A stretch of DNA of 64,000 bases from positions 21,824,001 through 21,888,000 of the forward strand of contig NC_043004.1 of the NCBI RefSeq assembly GCF_006345805.1, in the 5' to 3' direction. Shown one piece after another: positions 1 through 14,129 of this stretch. The DNA is from Octopus sinensis. Its lineage: Eukaryota. Each line of letters opens with the position of its first letter. The stretch's first letter is position 1. A program made the translations under genes and the position numbers. The notes beneath the pieces were generated by a model, which saw nothing but the letters and a program-made list of their open reading frames with translations, was not told the origin of the DNA and ran no database searches.

Positions 1-484
1 TAGGTAGGTAGGTTAGTATGTAGGTTGGTAGACAGTAAGAAATATATCTTACAATAATTATAACGTAACTCTTATAAAATTTCTAACTCAAATCATTAAA
101 TGTACACTAATTTTCTAAAAATACTATTTATTACCTCAAGATAAATGTAAATAAACAACTTTCGCAAATTGTATAATTGTATAAATATGTTGTAGAAATA
201 TGTCGGTATATAAAATAAGAGCAATCGAAAATCAGCTTTGGCAAAAGTATATTTTTCAGGAACTTAAAGACACTTAACATTACGTCGTATGCTGTCTCTC
301 TGTATCTCACCTTTACTGTCTCTCTACTCATCGTCTCTCATTCTCCAGGAGGAAAAGCGTGAGTGGAGAAATCAACCAATGAACATGTGTGTCTGTATAT
401 GTGTGCGTACGTACGCGCTCGCTCGTCTGTGTGTATGTTTAAGTCTGTTCTACCCCACCCCTCCAGCACCGATTGACAGCCTGT

Positions 485-643
485 GTTGTGTTTACGTTCT
501 GGAACTTAGTGGTTCGGCCTTGAGATGAAGTACCAAACTTTAAGAAATAATAATTGGGTTTGATTCATTTGACTGAAATTCTCCACGGTAGCGTTCCAGC
601 ATGGCCGCAGACTAATGGCTGAAACAAATAAAAGAAAAAAAAG
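485..643 (+). mobile_element. SINE family A, 3' half
   Basis: GTTTACGTT...ACTTAGTGGTTCGGC...CCAGCATGGCCGCAG.CTAATGGCTGAAACAAATAAAAGA matches the 20539 copy. Confidence 0.8.
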
Positions 644-993
644 TTTATACATACATATATACATATATACACGCACTCGCAAAAACACAATCACACATAT
701 GTAGATATTTATATTAATTCTAACAAATTTGGGTCGGTAGAGTCATATAGCACTATGTACTTTCTTAGGGTATTCACAATGTTTAATTCTTACCTGTATT
801 CACTTGATGAAAATGGTTTTCTCTTTTTGCACGATGCAGAGCTTCTGTTCATTAATGAAAAATAACGTGTATTCAAAAACAAAGAATTTACTTCGAGTAT
901 GAAGACCAATTGTTGCCATATCCACGTGCCTATATGGTTGGGAAACTTGGAATTTGTACCGTCTCGACATAAAAATAAAAACTCGAATGTTTT

Positions 994-1025
<32 letters not shown>

Positions 1026-1474
1026 TGGACAACAGAAGGAAGATGTACTAGAAGATTGATTCACTTTTATAAAAGCTATGAAAGAGCGTAAAAAGGTAAC
1101 ACGACAAAATGTATTGATTCATTCTCTAGGAAAGCTATTTCAGTTTCTCAACAAATATTTTGATATATTTTAAAAGCATGACATGAAGAAAATGTTTTTC
1201 TTAGCAATCATTGTCGGGTTTTGTGCATGAGTTTTGAGGATATGGTATGAATTAGCATAAACATGTTGATCTTTACAATAATTTCGTCCATGCATTTCTG
1301 CTTTCGATACAAACCAGAGAACTAGAGTAAAGTAGGACATCTTAAGTATTTGGTTGTATTTGTTGTAGCTGCCTTTGTAGAATACCTCGGTAAACCAGGC
1401 AGGAAGAAAGTTGCACTTGATAAAATCAATTTCTCTCACCAAGGATGCATATGGCATGTATGGCGTGTGTGTAC

Positions 1475-1475
<1 letters not shown>

Positions 1476-1536
<61 letters not shown>

Positions 1537-1638
1537 ATATATATATATATATATGAATATATGTATATACATATATATATGTATATATATATATATGTAT
1601 ATATATATATGTATATATATATACATACATATATATAC

Positions 1639-1670
<32 letters not shown>

Positions 1671-1738
1671 GTGTATGTATATATGTATGTATACACAAAC
1701 ATATATATATGTATGTAAGTATATATATATATATATAC
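1476..1738. repeat. Compound (TA)n/(TATG)n microsatellite, representative of many similar tracts (e.g. 2310-2412, 15390-15575, 24275-24530, 25410-25510, 25800-26100, 52370-52680, 58775-59085, 59280-59485, 60450-60680, 61140-61560, 62740-62830)
   Basis: Directly visible dinucleotide/tetranucleotide repeats; these generate the YI/HT/CV-repeat ORFs in the track. Confidence 0.98.
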
Positions 1739-2324
1739 TTATGTTTTGGTGTGTGTATGTATGGGCATGGTTGAGACGGTTTGATACGTTCGGAATTAAC
1801 ACGTATGCAAAAATACTGTTTACCTATTCGGGTCTTAAGACTGCATGAAACTCCTCTGATGCATCATCAGTTTGATTTCTACGCTTGATATCCTTCCCAA
1901 CACTAATCAATTTATGGAGCGTGCTGGATACATTTTCATGGCTCCAATGCAAGAAGGGCAGTTCTTTCCATGTCATGTCTAAATCCACTTCCCATTTTCT
2001 CACGTTTCTCGTCACTCATCCAGTGAGAAAAATATAAGTGACATGGTTAATAATTGTAAGTCGTGAGTCGGATGTATGAGAGAAGAATTAGTAATAGGGG
2101 TACTCAGTATTCTGAGATATGGTCATAATGTCAATACAATATGGTCATGAAGATAGAGCTATAATTGAAATCTAAAGACGTTAAATGTGAGCTAAGAAAT
2201 ACTAGTAAAAGGTGACAGAGAAATACAGGGTGATGGCACGCAGTACAGAAGAGAAAGGTGAAGTTAGAATCACAATACACAAATATGTACACACTCACAC
2301 AAACATATACATATGTATATATAT

Positions 2325-2415
<91 letters not shown>

Positions 2416-3916
2416 TATATATGAGTGTCTGTGTACGTATTTACGTATGTATGTATTTAATTGTCATATATTTGGAAGGAAACCAATTTGCGAAAAATCT
2501 TTGTTGGAAATAAATAAGTGATATTTGAAAACTATCGTTCTAAAAATGTTTGAAATATAATTAACTCATAAAGGTACTTAAGATGGCAATTTATTCTTCA
2601 GTCGTTCGTGTCGATGATCTTTGAATATGAATTAGATATATATTTTAGTAGTCGATGAAACCATCTCTTTGCTGTTTCAGTAGAACAGATATCAAACAAG
2701 ATATTTCCTTTTGTGTATGGATTTATTTCTGGACATCGATCCTTGAAGAGTTGGTGACATTTTAAATTATTTTTCTTCTCTCTTCTCAGCTATCATTTTT
2801 TCTCTCTCTTCCCTTTGTCTCTCTCTCTCTCTCTCACTCACACCCACATATATCCAATATTGTTATGCCTCTTTAAAAAAATGTCCTTTCTCTTACGTCA
2901 AATAAAATTGCTCTTTAGTATTGACTTATTATCTTTCAAAATACATAAACTCTTGTTGCCACTGTAAACTATCTATTAAATAGAATCTACGTGGACTCCA
3001 TGGAACTATGAGTGTCAGAGAGATCAACAAAATAATATACATCAGCATCAAATTATTTAACTATGATACTTTTCTTGCCAATGCAAATAACTTCTAAGAA
3101 AATGCCTAAGAATAAAAAGAAATGATTGTGCCTGACACTAGTTAACTATATGAATATATTTAAGCAAGTAAGAAGGAATATAAGGTGAAGTACAATGATT
3201 TATTGCGAAATAAAGACACAGGTGGAATCTGCAACTATCATTCAAACTAATCGTTAGTATTAGCCCGTACACAGAATTCTGTGAAGCGGAGCATCGATTC
3301 TGTATGTGAATAACTGTTATCTTGGAATATAAAACATGGCGCAGATCTAGACAGAAAATGATCATAAACTTTAGTTAATTGTTGCCATTTTGACTATACA
3401 CGCAGAAAAATAAATGCTTTATCCTCAAACTCTCTAATATAATCTTTCGATAAAGATAATTTATTAGATGTATATCATCTAAAAAACTATATCATTATTG
3501 TTATATAATTATATATTTTATACATTCTGGCGCGGCCATTGATTATATTTATTTGAAGAGGATGTGGAATGAAGATTGAGGTTTTCTTAGTCTCGAACGC
3601 TAGTTGTCGATGTTTTCATTGTATATCTTCAGACTGCTAATTTTGGAAGAAACTTGCAGATGCAGAGTCATTCAGAAGACTGCGATTTTGTGTAAGGCGC
3701 ATTTATACCTGTCTATTTCAAAAGCTATTGCTCTTCTACTTTTACTATTTCTTCAGTACCAGTCTGTGGTGAGATAAAGCCGAACTATAAACTGTATGAT
3801 AAACATTTTTGTACCACGAGTGTACATAGAGTTAGTTAAAAGCTAGCTTTCACAGAATGGTAAGAGTTTACGGTAGCGACACTGAGATAAATAAGCATCA
3901 GCATGAGTAGGGGATA

Positions 3917-4212
3917 CGAGGTGATATCAAAGCATTCCAGGACTAGATATGTTTAATAAAAATAACTTATTTATTTAAGTTTTAAAATCATCCCCTTCGA
4001 AATAGTCACCTATAGTCACCTATACACATAGCGTTCTTGTCACTTTTGGAATCCTGCTCGGAGGTCATTTTCCGTAAGCCAGTCGAGGACCTTCTGCGAT
4101 ACGCTCTGGTGTTAAAATGGCGACGTTTGAGCAGCATTTTCATCTTGGAGAAGTGATGGAACTCTGCAGGTGCCAAATCTGTTGAATAGGACGGGTGCGG
4201 TAGCGATACCAT
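3917..4212 (-). mobile_element. Mariner 3'-terminal fragment (irritans-like C-terminus)
   Basis: Translation SLPHPSYSTDLAPAEFHHFSKMK...GDYFEGD. TA + CGAGGTGATATCAAA terminal-repeat-like end at 3915-3931. A 10-bp tandem duplication (ATAGTCACCT) lies inside. Confidence 0.85.
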
Positions 4213-4226
4213 GTTGGTTTGGGTAT

Positions 4227-4260
<34 letters not shown>

Positions 4261-5754
4261 GGAGTAGATTTCATAGTATGTTTTATGGTGATTATATTTT
4301 ACTACTATTTCCTTGAAGTAGATTTACGATTTCAAGGCTTCAAAGAATGTTCATCGCTCGTTCAGATCAGTTACGATCGAGCAATGTTATGAATCAATTA
4401 TATTGCAACCGTCTTCAACCCATGTTTGCTTTTTCATTAGCAGAATATTTAAAACTGTGTACGCCAGTTGGGTATTCCTTGACAGATGTTTCGATCCCCG
4501 CTCTTATAAATCAAACATTCACCAATATGTTCCTTCCAATATTTTGGTCGATGTAGAATTGCAGAAAAGGTAGAATTATGGTCATAATTCATTTTACTAT
4601 TCAGCTGCTCTCCTTTATGTCCTGAATTGAAACTTCTGTGTTCATTTCACGTTTATCGCTTTTTGAGTGAATGAAATAATTCGAATTAAGTTATTACTGC
4701 ATTTGCTTTGTATATGCACAATTCCTATAAATCTGTAGTTTGGTGAAAAGGTAAGGAAAGACATATATTTAATTTTCTCATGTATTTTGAAACACATTCT
4801 CCTTTATTGCAATTAATCCCTATTGAACTGACATATTTCACTTGAATCGACAATCTTTTAAAACTATTTCCTATTTTATGACATAATATGTTGTCATAGA
4901 CCCTGCTCGATACTACTTTCCGATCTGAAAAACCTTGCAACTACGCGGCAATTACTTAGCTTTATGAAAACCGTATCGTAGTCTTTGCGGTTTCGTTTTT
5001 CTTCTCTATAATTACAACTGATTTCTACGTATGTGAAATTGCCTGGGTTCTGGTTGGTACAGATCTACAGGTTGAAAACAACTGGAAGGAAATAACGAAT
5101 AGGCACTATTGATCCAAAAGTATCAAAACATGCAGAATCCATCCCGGCCTTGACTAATCTGCCAGAGGACTCAACTCTTCGCGAACATTGCAGTAGGAAA
5201 CACCAGGTGCGACTTGTTCGGGTACAAGCAATTTCGAAGTTTTCAGATCACAGCAGATGTGGGGAGAAAGAAGACCGGCAGCAATTGCAACAGTGATAGA
5301 AACAATACCAACAATGAAAGCAACAACAACAAATGCAACGAGTGAAACACCGCTCACAAGAGCCACGGAATAGCCAACAAAACGTCCTAAACAACAACAA
5401 CAACAGCAGCAGAACAAAAAGACAATGATTTCCAAACCATGTCCCTTCCATTTAGGACGATATAAAAATGTCGTGTGACGAAGGAGATGAAGAAGAAAAC
5501 AAAGCGAAAAAAGTATAAAGCAAGGAAAACGGTGAAAGAAGAAAAATTACTAATAAAAACGGTGAACAGTTGAAACGTAGAAGAAACGAGCCCTTACTAC
5601 CACAGACAATTATCATTATATACAACATTAAAATCCAATCTGTGCCAGTTACCAAAAGAACAACTGCAAAGAATATAAATTACATCATGTGCAAAAAGAA
5701 GAAAGAATTGATGAAACGCGCATCACCATACAAACATTACTAGAAGTATATTGA

Positions 5755-6303
5755 GGCTACATAGAATTGATTGTGTAGTCCTTTGTTACGTAATTCTTCA
5801 TGTCCCTATTTTACTTCTTTCTAAGTTTTCCCTTTTTACTCTGCTCTCAATACTCCCTCGTTCCTAACTGTCACTAGCTTGGTATTTCATTAAGCTCACC
5901 TATTAGACACGCACGCAGTTTTCCACACTTTTCAGTTCCCTCCCTTCATTTGCACCCTTTGTGTATGATTGATCAGTGTCTGCATGTGGATGATATGCTC
6001 CATGCGTCGTTTGGAGCTTTCTTGATTTCTTGTCCATCTCCTTTAGCACCCTCTCTTTCCACTTCGGGATTCTATCAACATACCGAACTACTGCGACTGC
6101 GCGCGAGTTTATCACCGTAATTATGTTCCTGGCATTCTGCTTTGAAGACAATATTTTCTCATTTGCCGCTGTTACTCTCTGTTTGTCTTTTCCTTCATGT
6201 CGTGATGTTTGATTTCATATGCCTCAAGTATTCCCTGTTATTTGTAGCTAGTTTGTAATTGAATAGCCTTCATCATTTCACTACTTGACAACCATCTGTC
6301 CTG
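5755..6303 (-). mobile_element. R4/Dong-clade non-LTR retrotransposon fragment (C-terminal RT/thumb region)
   Basis: Minus translation YK*QGILEAYEIKHHDMKEK...ILSSKQNARNIITVINSRAVAVVRY...EMDKKSRKLQTTHGAYHPHADTDQSY..GRELKSVENCVR...RNKGLHNQFY matches the R4/Dong/Rex6 pattern 'YKYLGILE...LNG.N.I.AIN..AV...RY...DRKTRK...HP.AD.DRLY..GGRGL...HGQF'. Confidence 0.85.
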
Positions 6304-6305
6304 AC

Positions 6306-6359
<54 letters not shown>

Positions 6360-6373
6360 CATCATTATTATTA

Positions 6374-6411
<38 letters not shown>

Positions 6412-6445
6412 ATTATTATTATTATTATTGTTGTTGTTATCATTA
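6306..6445. repeat. (ATT)n microsatellite abutting the 5' end of the R4/Dong fragment
   Basis: Directly visible. Confidence 0.98.
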
Positions 6446-6927
6446 ACTATATAATCTGTGCAGTGAGTTCATAGCCCACCTATGGATAATAATTTTCTTT
6501 TACTTTTAGCCTCTTTCAATTCACTAAAATTTCAACAGGCCTATGCTCGTCTCAAGTTGTTGCAATTTACATGTTAGTTTTAAAAATAAATAGCATATTT
6601 CATATTCATTATAAATAGTATAAATGATGATATTCATTCTCCCCGTTTTCTGATTCTTCCCCTCCCGCTTTTCCTGCATATACGTATGTGTGTATGTGTT
6701 TCTATGTACTCATTAATATATATTTTCTTAGTATGTGATATCTACGCGTACATATATTCAGATATACATACGAATATATATGCATCCATATATATATATA
6801 TACATAAATATATATATGTATGCATACGTACATAAATGCATACGTACACACATCTGTATATATAGATAGATAGATATAGGTATTATGTATGTATACTTAT
6901 ATATATCTTATATATTATATATATATA

Positions 6928-6958
<31 letters not shown>

Positions 6959-7440
6959 CTGTTATGAAAGTTGAGGACTCAATTCGGTTATTGACCTATA
7001 TCTGAAAGATAATGTCTGAAACTAATTTCAGAACATCACACCAAAATATGCACCAACTGTCTAAAATAATCGATAGTACGATTTTTCGAAAAGTATAATA
7101 GATATATTAAAACATTACCATTCACTTATTGAAATATCGAAACACTAGAATGTATAACTGAAATTTCTTTTGATAGTTTTGTTTGCACTTACGTATTGCG
7201 CATTTCATTTTTAACTGGATGACTTTGCATTTCCTTTTTTCGTATTGCAGCAATTTCTCCCAGTTTAAGCGTAAAATCGAAATGATAGCAGCAATATTTA
7301 ACTGACAATTATTTGGGCTGTATATTGCAGTTAAAAATCTAAGAGATAGATACGTCTGGATCGGTGGAAGGAAAATAAAGTGGAAAACCAAAGATAATTT
7401 CATACGCTGAAATTTTAAATGCAATTATTTCTGATAACTA

Positions 7441-7576
<136 letters not shown>

Positions 7577-8489
7577 AATTTGAATTATCTTACATATCTT
7601 ACACAGGCGTGAGAGTTTATGGCTGGATAAACTTACCTAAATTCATAAATACTGCCAAATAAATTCTTTGTTATTAAATACAACTGAAACTAAAGAATTC
7701 ACAAATACCATAAATCTTGTCATATAAATTGTTTTTGCAAATCACTGAAGAGATTCCACATATATAAAGCTACCATACAGACAATAGTATTGGATTTACA
7801 TTATTTCCCATATACACATTTATATCTCTTAGAGGACACTTTGTACTTATTATTGACAGCCATAATAAACTGTTCGAACAAACAACGCAAAGATACCACG
7901 AGTTAGTGAGTGATCCTCTTCTTGATTGCTCAATTCATGATACAGCCAAATATCCTTTAGATGTTATTCTACTGTATAAAATGAAAACTTCTAGAAAAAT
8001 CTTTTGGCCATGCTTGGAATTCTTTTCATGATAGGTTTCACGGCTCTGTTAGATTGCACAACTGAGACGAAGTTTGGGTCGAGTTATCCTAATATTTTGC
8101 AATATTTCTCCGCGACTACTCTGGTCGTTATAACGTACGCATATCATGTAAGCACACTATGACGTTTTCTTACTGAAAATTTTTTTTTTATATTTGACAC
8201 ACCTACACTTTCACGTGTTCCATTCCTCCATTTCACCAATTAGTTTAATAATGTTATTGAAACATTACCATCTGAAAGATCAGATATGTAGGTCGTTTTA
8301 TATTGTAGATAAATGTTTGATGATAAATATCGTTTTACAGAACACATTTTCCACGTGTGGCGCATCAACACCCCGGATCACTCAAGGCAACAATTTGTCG
8401 CTTCAATTCGCTACGCCCCACCTACTGCATCATGCCGACTGCCTGTTACTTAAAACCATGTCTCCTGTGTTTCATTTATCTACTATCAC

Positions 8490-8858
8490 TCACTTGTTTC
8501 AGTGAATAGACTGCGGGCATGTTGAGGCACCATCTTGAAGAACTTTTAGTCGAATGAATCGATTTCAGTATTTTTTCTAAGCTTCGTACTTATTCTACAG
8601 ATCCCTTACTTAACCTCTAATTTTCAGTAAACACACCAATTCCGGTTGTCAAGCGGTATGTGTGACAAACACAGAAACTGATATACACACAGGCAGACAC
8701 ACAGACACACACACATTAAGATAAACATATACATATATGAAGGTCTTCTTTCAGTTTCCGTCTGCCAAATCTAGTCACAAGACTGTATTCGGTCCGAGGC
8801 TACAGTAGTAGTCACTTACCCAAGATACCGCGTAGCAGGACTCAACCACACAACCATA
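8490..8858 (-). mobile_element. SINE family A, diverged
   Basis: CTTGTTTCAGT...GACTGCGGGCATG, CTTCTTTCAGTTTCCGTCTGCCAAATC and CCGAGGCTACAGTAG are shared with the 20539 copy. Confidence 0.8.
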
Positions 8859-10248
8859 CCTAAACAATTGACTTTTCTACCTAAATGCAAGCTATTCATC
8901 TGAGATTAATAATCACATTATCTTTATCTAACGATCCTGCCTTCCTATTTCACACTGCACACACTCTCTGAATTTCCACCTCTTCATGCTCACACTATTG
9001 CCACTTGTTCATACCACCAGCACAAAAGTGCACGGGACCGTTAATTTCCTCTGTCCAGAAAACTCACTCACATATTGCCCTACACATTCAGCCATTCTTC
9101 CGCTTCCACACACTCATATATATTTCAATTAGCCTCCTACCTATCTCAGCTGTAAAATATAATTCCACGTGCTTGCGCTAAACTTTCTTCCGTTTGAAGT
9201 TTTTTTTTTTAATCATGCAGTTTTTCAGAAAGCGTTTCATTTTTTTTAATTCTCACATCTACCTCATTATACCTGGCGAGGAACTCCTGAACGAAACGTT
9301 TATTTTAAGAATATACTTTGTGTTTCTCTTTCTTATTCTGGTTGCTTTCGCAGAGTGGTCTTATGGAAAAAAGTTACACATTCTATGTGCAATAGAGAAA
9401 TGTAGAATGGCTGTAAATTTATTGCAGTTACACAAAATGAAAGATAGATTTTATTATCAGACAGAAATATATTTCTAGCTGTCTAGTTTGCCACCTATCA
9501 AATATCTTATCTTCTTCTGTGTCCTGACAGTTGGCGCCTAAATATAGGGCTGATTTCTCTCGTTAAGTACTCGCATATCGACAGCATTTCTGTAATCACT
9601 CATTTGTTTCTTGCTTTTTTGTATTCTTTTTTTCAGACACAAGTAATGTGTTTGTTTTCTTTGTCTTTTGTACTCAAAATAAATTTCACCCACCACGAAA
9701 CTTAATCTCTCCCTGTCTCTCTCTATATATACATATCTGTCTGTTGTCACTCTTTCTCTCGCAGTGTCCCTCTCTTTATCTATGTCTCGTTCTCTCATAA
9801 TCGTTGTCAGTGTCTTCTCTAATCCCATCTCAAAAATACATCCCACTTATTCCAAAATTATTTCCGTCGGTGTCTCTGTTTCCTACGCTTAACAAAACTG
9901 AAATGGAACTGGACTATTTGTCGTAGGTTAACAACTTGAGATAGCGGAAACAAAAAGCAGACCTTATCTGTCTGGCAAATTTTTAAGAATCTATTAAATA
10001 GGAACAAATTATATCTACCAATTCATGTTTGGTATTATGTTAACCTGCTACAATGTTTGACAATAGTTTTGTTTCAAATTCTATGGCTTTAGTGAAATCA
10101 AATATTCTTTGAGATTAGAATATTTTATTTATTCCAGTAGTGCAGCAATAATAATCAGTTTTTTTCCCCGCAAATCATTGTAAAGTGGGCAGCAGGAAAT
10201 CAAAATCCACAATCTATGAACCAATAGGCAGATTTCATGTTTACTTGA

Positions 10249-10516
10249 CAATCTCTATTTGTTTCACATTATACAGTCCTGCAATCAATATTTAGATCTG
10301 TTTGTTTGATTTTCAGGAATTGTTCTCAATTAAGATTTGAAATTGTTGAAATCTAAGAATAAATTTGCATAAAAGTTAAAACTTAGAGGTTTAAAAATTA
10401 AATATGTTATAGCTATTTCGCGTGTCTGAGGTAATATCGACCCTGTGTTGAATATCTGAGTATGATGTTATTAAAATGTAATTCGGTTCCGAACACCAGT
10501 CAACATATGAAGCTGT
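10249..10516 (+). repeat. Unique-sequence segment duplicated at 14173-14441 (probable donor copy)
   Basis: Base-by-base reading shows the two copies identical apart from one extra A in the second (GCAATAAAAG versus GCATAAAAG). Confidence 0.95.
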
Positions 10517-11242
10517 TTGCTGTTCTCAGCTACAGGTTACACCTACAACGTGGCATATAATTACACTTAAGAAAGCTGAGTCAAATCAGATTTGAGAATT
10601 TTATCCTCAGATATAGGGCCTTCTATAGACATCCCATTCTGCTATAAATTGTGTTCTAATTCACTCAAATCATAACTTATCTTCAAGCGATTGTTTATGA
10701 AGTATATAATACTCAAAAAGAATAGAAATATCACGATAGCAATATATGGTAATAAATCAACTGAAACATAATTCATCTGGAGCTAAAGCAAGGCATCACA
10801 ATATTGGAAGAAAATAAATTATACCGACATCGAGGATAGTTATCTTACATTCTATCTTCAATAAATTGTTCCCCTTTGTTCTATCAACAATCACAAACAT
10901 ATACATACATACATACATACATACATACATACATACATACTACATACATACATACATACATACATACATACATGCTGAACTATTGAGGAATTCTACTGTT
11001 ACTCTATTCAGGTTACAAGTTCGGGTTGATACCCGCAATTATATGTAACACTACCGAAGTACTTATATTGATAAATAAGGCTTCTCAAAACCAGAAAAGA
11101 GAAAGCCGACTCGAAGACTACTCATTCAAGTCATAACTGGAACTGTAAAAAATCTGTAAAACTTCCCAGAAGTTTATTATTAAGTATCTGGCTTGCAAGA
11201 TTCTTTATGTGAATCCGTGTGTTGAAAGAAATCTTGTTGCGT

Positions 11243-11590
11243 CTAGTAGGGGTCATTATGCCAATATTATTAACTCATGCACTCGTTCAATTCCACTCCT
11301 TTATTATTAGTCAATTGCTTAAGTATCCAACTAACTAATCAATCGATTGTTGTTTGTTCAAAGTGGTTAAACAGTGAGTTATTTCTTTTGTTTGCCAAAG
11401 CTCTTTCGTTGCTACTTGCAACCTATTCAATGACTTTCATCAGTTTTCGAAAGCTCTTTGACTTACTGTTTAACCAATTTCAACAAACAATCTATTAGTT
11501 TGTTGGATATTTACCCAGTTCACTGATAATAAACGGGTGGAATTGAACCAGTGCATGTGTTAATAACATTGGTATAATAACTCTCCCTAG
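11243..11590. mobile_element. MITE-like foldback element with ~150-bp imperfect arms
   Basis: The left arm CTAGTAGGGGTCATTATGCCAATATTATTAACTCATGCACTCGTTCAATTCCAC... matches the reverse complement of the right end (CTAGGGAGAGTTATTATACCAATGTTATTAACACATGCACTGGTTCAATTCCAC...). A related partial copy lies at 27572-27763. Confidence 0.88.
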
Positions 11591-14073
11591 CCACAGCAAA
11601 ATATCATTTAAGTACATATGCGCATGTATAGAGTGGCAATTATATGCATACGTGTACATACATAAAACGAAACTTACAAATCCGCCCATGCATCGACGTC
11701 AAATACTATACATATGCGTATACATGCTCAAATACTCGATGTTATTGAAATTCCAATGAAGAAGACTTTGATGTAGGTCAGAAACAGGCTCTTTCTCTAT
11801 TGGAAAGAGGTCATTGAAAAAAAAACTGAATAATATGTATGAATGTATATAATAATGTGTATGAATGTGTGCATGAATACACACATAAATACAAACACAC
11901 ACACAGACGCACACACATACACGCACATACACACACATTTTTATACACACTTTAAAATAGTCAGATCTTCATGTGCATTTGAGTCACCAATTAATATATT
12001 ATAAATTTTAGAGGGCTCCTGACACCTTACGCCAAGAATTTCAAATCGGTTACATGACGTGTGTGTGTGTGGGGGAGATACAAACACACACACAAGCACA
12101 CACACACAGACACACACACAGAAAAAGTGTGTGTGTGTGTGTGTCCAACAAGTTTACTAGAGAAGAATATTCTAAGATGGAGAAACAAGTAGTATTATGG
12201 AATCGATTACAGTCTCGCTCGCAAGATTATTATTATTTTCTGTATCTGTTTACAATCCATCCTCGGAAATTTTAGCATAATCTACAGAAAAGTATGACTG
12301 ATTGCATAGTCAGGCAAGCAAAAATTTGAAACACAAGCATAGCTAGAGCTTATCTCAGCCCTCTAAAATAAAGCATTAATTATCATAGTGTACAGACCAC
12401 GGTTAGCAAATCTTGCACTGTGAGGTTGAACAGCTCAGTAGGAACTATAGCCAAGCTAATTTATTAGTAACAAAAATTTATATTTAAGAATTGGAATGCG
12501 ATGTCCAGCAAACATGAATTACTCTTCGCTCTAGATAAAGAAGAAATGCTGTCATAGGCAATCTAGCAATTGGTTGTATTTGACTCGGGAGCAAAATGCT
12601 TAGTGATTAAATTCATCTAGCAATCCGAAAAACAGCTCAAGGTTCTCAAATCAGGGATTTAAAATACATCATAGAAACAGTAAAATCAGCTTTTGATACA
12701 ATTCAACATTACAAAGGAAAGTATATAGCAAGTTGAATATAAAGCAATATGTAAATATTAGTACTGCTTAAGTTTAAGACAAAATCTTTGGCACCGTGGC
12801 AGAGGCGATTAGCTCTGCAAGTTATTTTGTGTGGGTGTGCTCGCGTGTGCATTTGTTGTGCGAGTATACCTGTCGAAATTAGATAAGCTCTCCGTTCAGC
12901 TTTACTTTCCTTTCTTCCTATATTGAAAAATAAAGTACCAACGAAGTACTTGTATCTAATTACACGAATACACAATTTTAATCTTATAACTGTATTTGAA
13001 ATTGTGTGTATATGTGTCTCATTGTGTTTGGGTCTTTTGGTGTATGTGTATGTACAGACACTTTTCTGCGTCTGATTATTGTACCTAAAAATACAAGTCT
13101 GACTGTCAAGTACTTTTACATAATTTAAAATGATATTTGTGTTAACTCTGACATTTGACACTGTTTATTTCTGGTGTTATATTTTTTCTCCTAATGCTTA
13201 AAATGTCATAATTTCATTGATACACACACGCACATACTCACACACGCACATACTCACTCACACACATACTCACTCACACACATACACACACACTCACGCA
13301 CGTACACACATATATAGTCAATTCCCTTCTAGAGCGGATAATGAAAATAGAATTATGTTAAGAATATGAACAACAATTCTACCAACCTATTTACTTGAGT
13401 TTTACTCAAGTTTAATTATGAAGTAATACGTTATAATAAAGTTTAGTACCATATTATTGTCACGGGTTACATACATTTCAGAAAAAGTGTAGATTTCATA
13501 TTTAACTATGACATTTTAGAAAGTCTCTTCGATAATGTGTTTTTCAATGTAATAAAAGTAAAAGTAAAATACGTAAGTTCAAATAATTATGTCTACAAAT
13601 GCATAAATAAATATATGACAATCTTTCTATAGACCCACCATAAAACATGCATGCAAACAAACACATATACACACACGTACAAAGACACATTCATACACAA
13701 ATATATCTTGATGTATTTGTATATAAGGATTAAGACATTGTTTGTAGGTCTACGTCGGATTTAATGATACGATCAAAGGTGTTCGTTCGACCGAATTTCC
13801 AACTCACTGCTTTAAAATATAGAGAGCTGGGGCTGGATGATAATTCAAGCTGTAAATACTGCCAAAGGCGATCCTACTCCATATGAAAATAAATTTGTTT
13901 GAAATTTTAAAGTGTTTCTATTATCTTGTTCAAACCATGTATGTAGTGACCATTTTTTATGCCTTAACTTGTTTATTATATATATATATTAATGCATGTA
14001 TACGTACGCACATATCATATATACATACATAGATAACCTCACACACATACATATACACGCGCGCACTCACACG

Positions 14074-14116
<43 letters not shown>

Positions 14117-14129
14117 ATATATATAAGGA

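Noticed and set aside
1335-1392. [12 protein letters not shown] resembling a ligand-gated ion channel M3 helix
   Set aside because: An in-frame stop lies just upstream (1323-1325), there is no polypyrimidine acceptor and no other channel exon; likely chance.
4320-4950. IYKSGDRN on the minus strand, reminiscent of LINE RT domain 0/1
   Set aside because: Multiple stops and no further RT motif.
7193-7406. Minus-strand 214-nt segment with AG/GTAAGT borders and an open frame; also a plus-strand YVWIGGR lectin-like motif
   Set aside because: Neither peptide resembles a family I can name, and splice-like motifs are common in AT-rich DNA.
10317-10358. Possible terminal exon NCSQLRFEIVEI* inside the duplicated segment
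   Set aside because: Too short, with no upstream coding exons on + to connect it to.
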